A stretch of 64,000 bases of DNA, from the NCBI GenBank assembly GCA_039831155.1, contig JBDONT010000043.1, positions 224,001 to 288,000 of the forward strand, read 5' to 3'. Numbering within the stretch: position 1 is the stretch's first letter; each line of letters begins with the position of its first letter. Positions 61,635 through 64,000 of the stretch are shown piece after piece. The notes beneath the pieces are model-generated. The model ran no database searches, had not been told where the DNA came from, and worked only from the letters and a program-made list of their open reading frames with translations. Source of the DNA: Nautiliaceae bacterium. GTDB taxonomy: Bacteria > Campylobacterota > Campylobacteria > Campylobacterales > Nautiliaceae. The translations under genes and the position numbers were made by a program.

Positions 61635-62621
61635 ATGAGTATAAAAGTCCCAAAAAGTATAGATTTAAACGTAAAAAACTCCGAAAGTGTAGGAAGAATT
61701 GCCACTGCTTCAAAAAATGGGGGAGTTGAGGCGGCTTTAATGATACCTCATCATAAACCAATCTACGACAAGCTCCACTTAGCTTACAACCTAAAAAGGG
61801 CTAATGAAGAGAATTTCAAACTCTTAGTGGCGATAGAAGGAATACACGAAAACAGATTATCTGATATCTCCATATTAAAAAACAAAGGTGCAAGTGCAAT
61901 TTATATAAATTCCGACGAAGATATGAACTTAATTAAAAGAGTCTTTGAGTATGCAGAGTTTTTGGATATCCCTATTTTCGTAAACTGCAACAACAAAGCT
62001 TTAAGCAGTGGGGTAATGAATGACAGTGAAATAGCCTACTCTTTAGGTGTAAGTGGAATTCCATCTTATGCAGAGAGTATAGAAGTGGCAAAAATATACG
62101 AACTCTCAAAACACTTTAAGGCAAAAGTGGTATTCCAAAGCATCACTACAAAAGAGTCCCTTGAAATCCTTAAAAACAAATCTTCCAATATCTTCATAGA
62201 CGTATGTATAGACAATCTCTATTTTAGCGATGAAAATTTAAAAGAGTTTAACTCTTTATTCAAAACTTTTCCACCTCTTAGAAGCGAAGAAGATAAAGAA
62301 GCCTTATTAAAAGCCTGCGAAGACGAAACAGTGGATTTTATATCCTCAAACCATATAGCCACAAATCAAAAAGACGTCCCTTTAGAAGAAGCGGAGTTTG
62401 GAATAAGCAAACTAGATATCTTTACCCAACTTGCATACTCACTTCCTCTAAACCCTAAAACGATTACAAAGCTCATATCAACAAACCCGGCAAAACTGTT
62501 TAATATCCAAATAAAAGAGTATATTACCCTGGAAGAAGGGGAATTTGAAGTTTCTCTTCAAAACTTCGCAAGCAAAGGCAAAAACTCTCCTTATAAAAAA
62601 CTAAAATATCAAATAGTTTAG
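61635..62621 (+). CDS. dihydroorotase-like protein, probably inactive (PyrC'-type)
   Basis: FKTFPPLR, SNH, FASKGKNSPY; N-terminal DxHxH replaced by DLNVK. Confidence 0.78.
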   Translation: MSIKVPKSIDLNVKNSESVGRIATASKNGGVEAALMIPHHKPIYDKLHLAYNLKRANEENFKLLVAIEGIHENRLSDISILKNKGASAIYINSDEDMNLIKRVFEYAEFLDIPIFVNCNNKALSSGVMNDSEIAYSLGVSGIPSYAESIEVAKIYELSKHFKAKVVFQSITTKESLEILKNKSSNIFIDVCIDNLYFSDENLKEFNSLFKTFPPLRSEEDKEALLKACEDETVDFISSNHIATNQKDVPLEEAEFGISKLDIFTQLAYSLPLNPKTITKLISTNPAKLFNIQIKEYITLEEGEFEVSLQNFASKGKNSPYKKLKYQIV

Positions 62622-62704
62622 TCTAAATAGCTAAAATTTTCTTATCTATCTCATTTGCTTCTTCTTCTCTTTTTGATATAATATATAAAATCAAAGGAGC
62701 TCTT

Positions 62705-63700
62705 ATGAACTACTATCAACCGATTGATAACAAAATAAAATGTCTTCTTTGTCGCCACCACTGCTTACTTAAAAATGAACAAGTAGGTATTTGTGGCGTC
62801 AATATAAATAAAAACGGAAAACTTGTAAATTTAGTATACGGACACCCAAGTTCAATAAATGTCGACCCTATCGAAAAAAAACCTTTATTTCACTTTTTAC
62901 CAAATACCTCTGTTTTATCTTTTGGAACTGTCGGGTGCAACTTTAAATGTCCTTTTTGCCAAAACTGGCGAATAGCCCACACAAATAAAGTAAATGAATC
63001 CGTTTATGTAAGTCCGGAAGAGATGGTAGCACTTGCCCTAAAATATAACTCAAAATCTATCGCATATACCTATAACGAACCGAGCATCTTTTACCCTTAT
63101 GCAAGAGATGTGGGAATACTTGCAAAAAAAGCCGGGCTTAAAAACGTATTTGTAACAAACGGATTTGAGAGTGTATATGAGATTGAAGATATGAAAGAAT
63201 GGGTGGACGCTTGCAATGTAGATTTAAAAAGCTTTAAACCTGAATATTACAAAAAAGTGCTAAAAGGAAGACTTGAATATGTACTTGATACTATTAAAAG
63301 ATTAAATGAAGTTGGAATCTGGCAAGAGATTACAACATTAGTAGTCCCGGGAGATAACGACAGCGATGAAGAGTTAACTCAAATTGCGGAGTTTATTGCA
63401 AGCGTAAATAAAAATATACCTTGGCATATAACACGATTTCACCCGGATTATGAAATGCAAGACAAACCGCCAACTCCAATGGAAACTATGATAAAAGCAT
63501 ATGAAATTGGGAAAAAAGCCGGACTTAAATATGTATATCTTGGAAATGTGGCACTGCCTGTTGTAACACACTGCCCTACTTGTAATGAAGAGCTTATAGT
63601 TCGCTCAATCTATAGAGTTGAGAAAAATATCTTAAAAGTAAAAGAAGACAAAGGACACTGCCCTAAATGTAACACTGAAATAAAAGGAGTATGGAAATGA
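62705..63700 (+). CDS. amrS: AmmeMemoRadiSam system radical SAM enzyme
   Basis: CLLCRHHC, DPIEKKPLFHF.P, GCNFKCPFCQNW, AYTYNEP, RFHPDY, Y.YLGNV, terminal CxxC pairs. Confidence 0.9.
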   Translation: MNYYQPIDNKIKCLLCRHHCLLKNEQVGICGVNINKNGKLVNLVYGHPSSINVDPIEKKPLFHFLPNTSVLSFGTVGCNFKCPFCQNWRIAHTNKVNESVYVSPEEMVALALKYNSKSIAYTYNEPSIFYPYARDVGILAKKAGLKNVFVTNGFESVYEIEDMKEWVDACNVDLKSFKPEYYKKVLKGRLEYVLDTIKRLNEVGIWQEITTLVVPGDNDSDEELTQIAEFIASVNKNIPWHITRFHPDYEMQDKPPTPMETMIKAYEIGKKAGLKYVYLGNVALPVVTHCPTCNEELIVRSIYRVEKNILKVKEDKGHCPKCNTEIKGVWK

Positions 63701-64000
63701 GAAAAGCAATGTTTAAAGAGTGGTATGGAGATAGTTGTGAAGCGGTTGAGAATTATATAGCTCATTTTAATAAAATAATAGATGAAAATGTAGATAAAAA
63801 TAAAGCCGAAGAAATTTTCAGTTTAAAACCAAAAGCCCTAATCGTTCCTCACGCCGGATGGGTATACAGCGGATTTACTGCAAATTTTGCATATAGAATA
63901 GCAACCGATAAAGCTCAAAAAATAGCCGTAATAGGACCTTCTCATAAATTTGCATTTGACGGAATTAGCATAACATTGGAAGACGAATACGAAACCCCTT
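63697..64000 (+). CDS. amrB: AmmeMemoRadiSam system protein B (MEMO1 family), partial
   Basis: Not in the ORF track. Hand translation from ATG 63697 (ATGA overlap): MRKAMFKEWY...ALIVPHAGWVYSG...VIGPSH...YETP. Confidence 0.88.
   Translation, partial: MRKAMFKEWYGDSCEAVENYIAHFNKIIDENVDKNKAEEIFSLKPKALIVPHAGWVYSGFTANFAYRIATDKAQKIAVIGPSHKFAFDGISITLEDEYETP

Noticed and set aside
121..63571. Many 60-135 aa ORFs opposite or inside recognised genes (e.g. 13320-13682, 23790-24197, 25327-25635, 34638-34877, 49928-50164)
   Set aside because: They overlap well-supported genes in antisense or alternate frames and have shadow-ORF composition.
1..64000. CRISPR arrays, tRNA/rRNA genes, IS elements, prophage or defence genes
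   Set aside because: Intergenic gaps are short (the longest about 115 nt) and none showed repeat-spacer or cloverleaf structure; no integrase, transposase or defence motifs were recognised by eye.

Overview
A gene-dense, low-GC chromosomal window. Gene content and order (rpsO/rrf2/flhA, cvpA-lysS-glyA-DUF1882-SPOR, futalosine MqnC, BioV-type esterase, purD-RDD-lptD-mlaD-pnp) point to a Campylobacterota bacterium, probably Nautiliales-like; this is inferred from protein resemblance only. About 60 coding regions, mostly housekeeping. No rRNA, tRNA, CRISPR array, integrase or transposase was recognised. The most notable observations: (1) flhA can only be full-length if it starts at a non-canonical CTG that overlaps the end of a three-Cys Rrf2 gene. 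(2) A translationally coupled surE-ycaO-tcdA operon. (3) A STAS-STAS-CheX fusion, and a primase-motif DUF1882 protein, inside the glyA/aroE operon. (4) Several hidden split genes broken at short homopolymers: a lipoprotein with three frameshifts, a sensor kinase, a GGDEF protein, an RDD gene and a J-domain gene. These could be real decay, phase variation or sequencing error. (5) Many apparent pseudoenzymes (His-less PAS kinase, Cys-less nitrilase, FtsH without HEXXH, metal-less aldolase). (6) A CpG-poor segment inside purD, a GNRA hairpin in the rpsO leader, and the start of an AmmeMemoRadiSam locus. All functional calls come from motif recognition by eye; no database searches were run.
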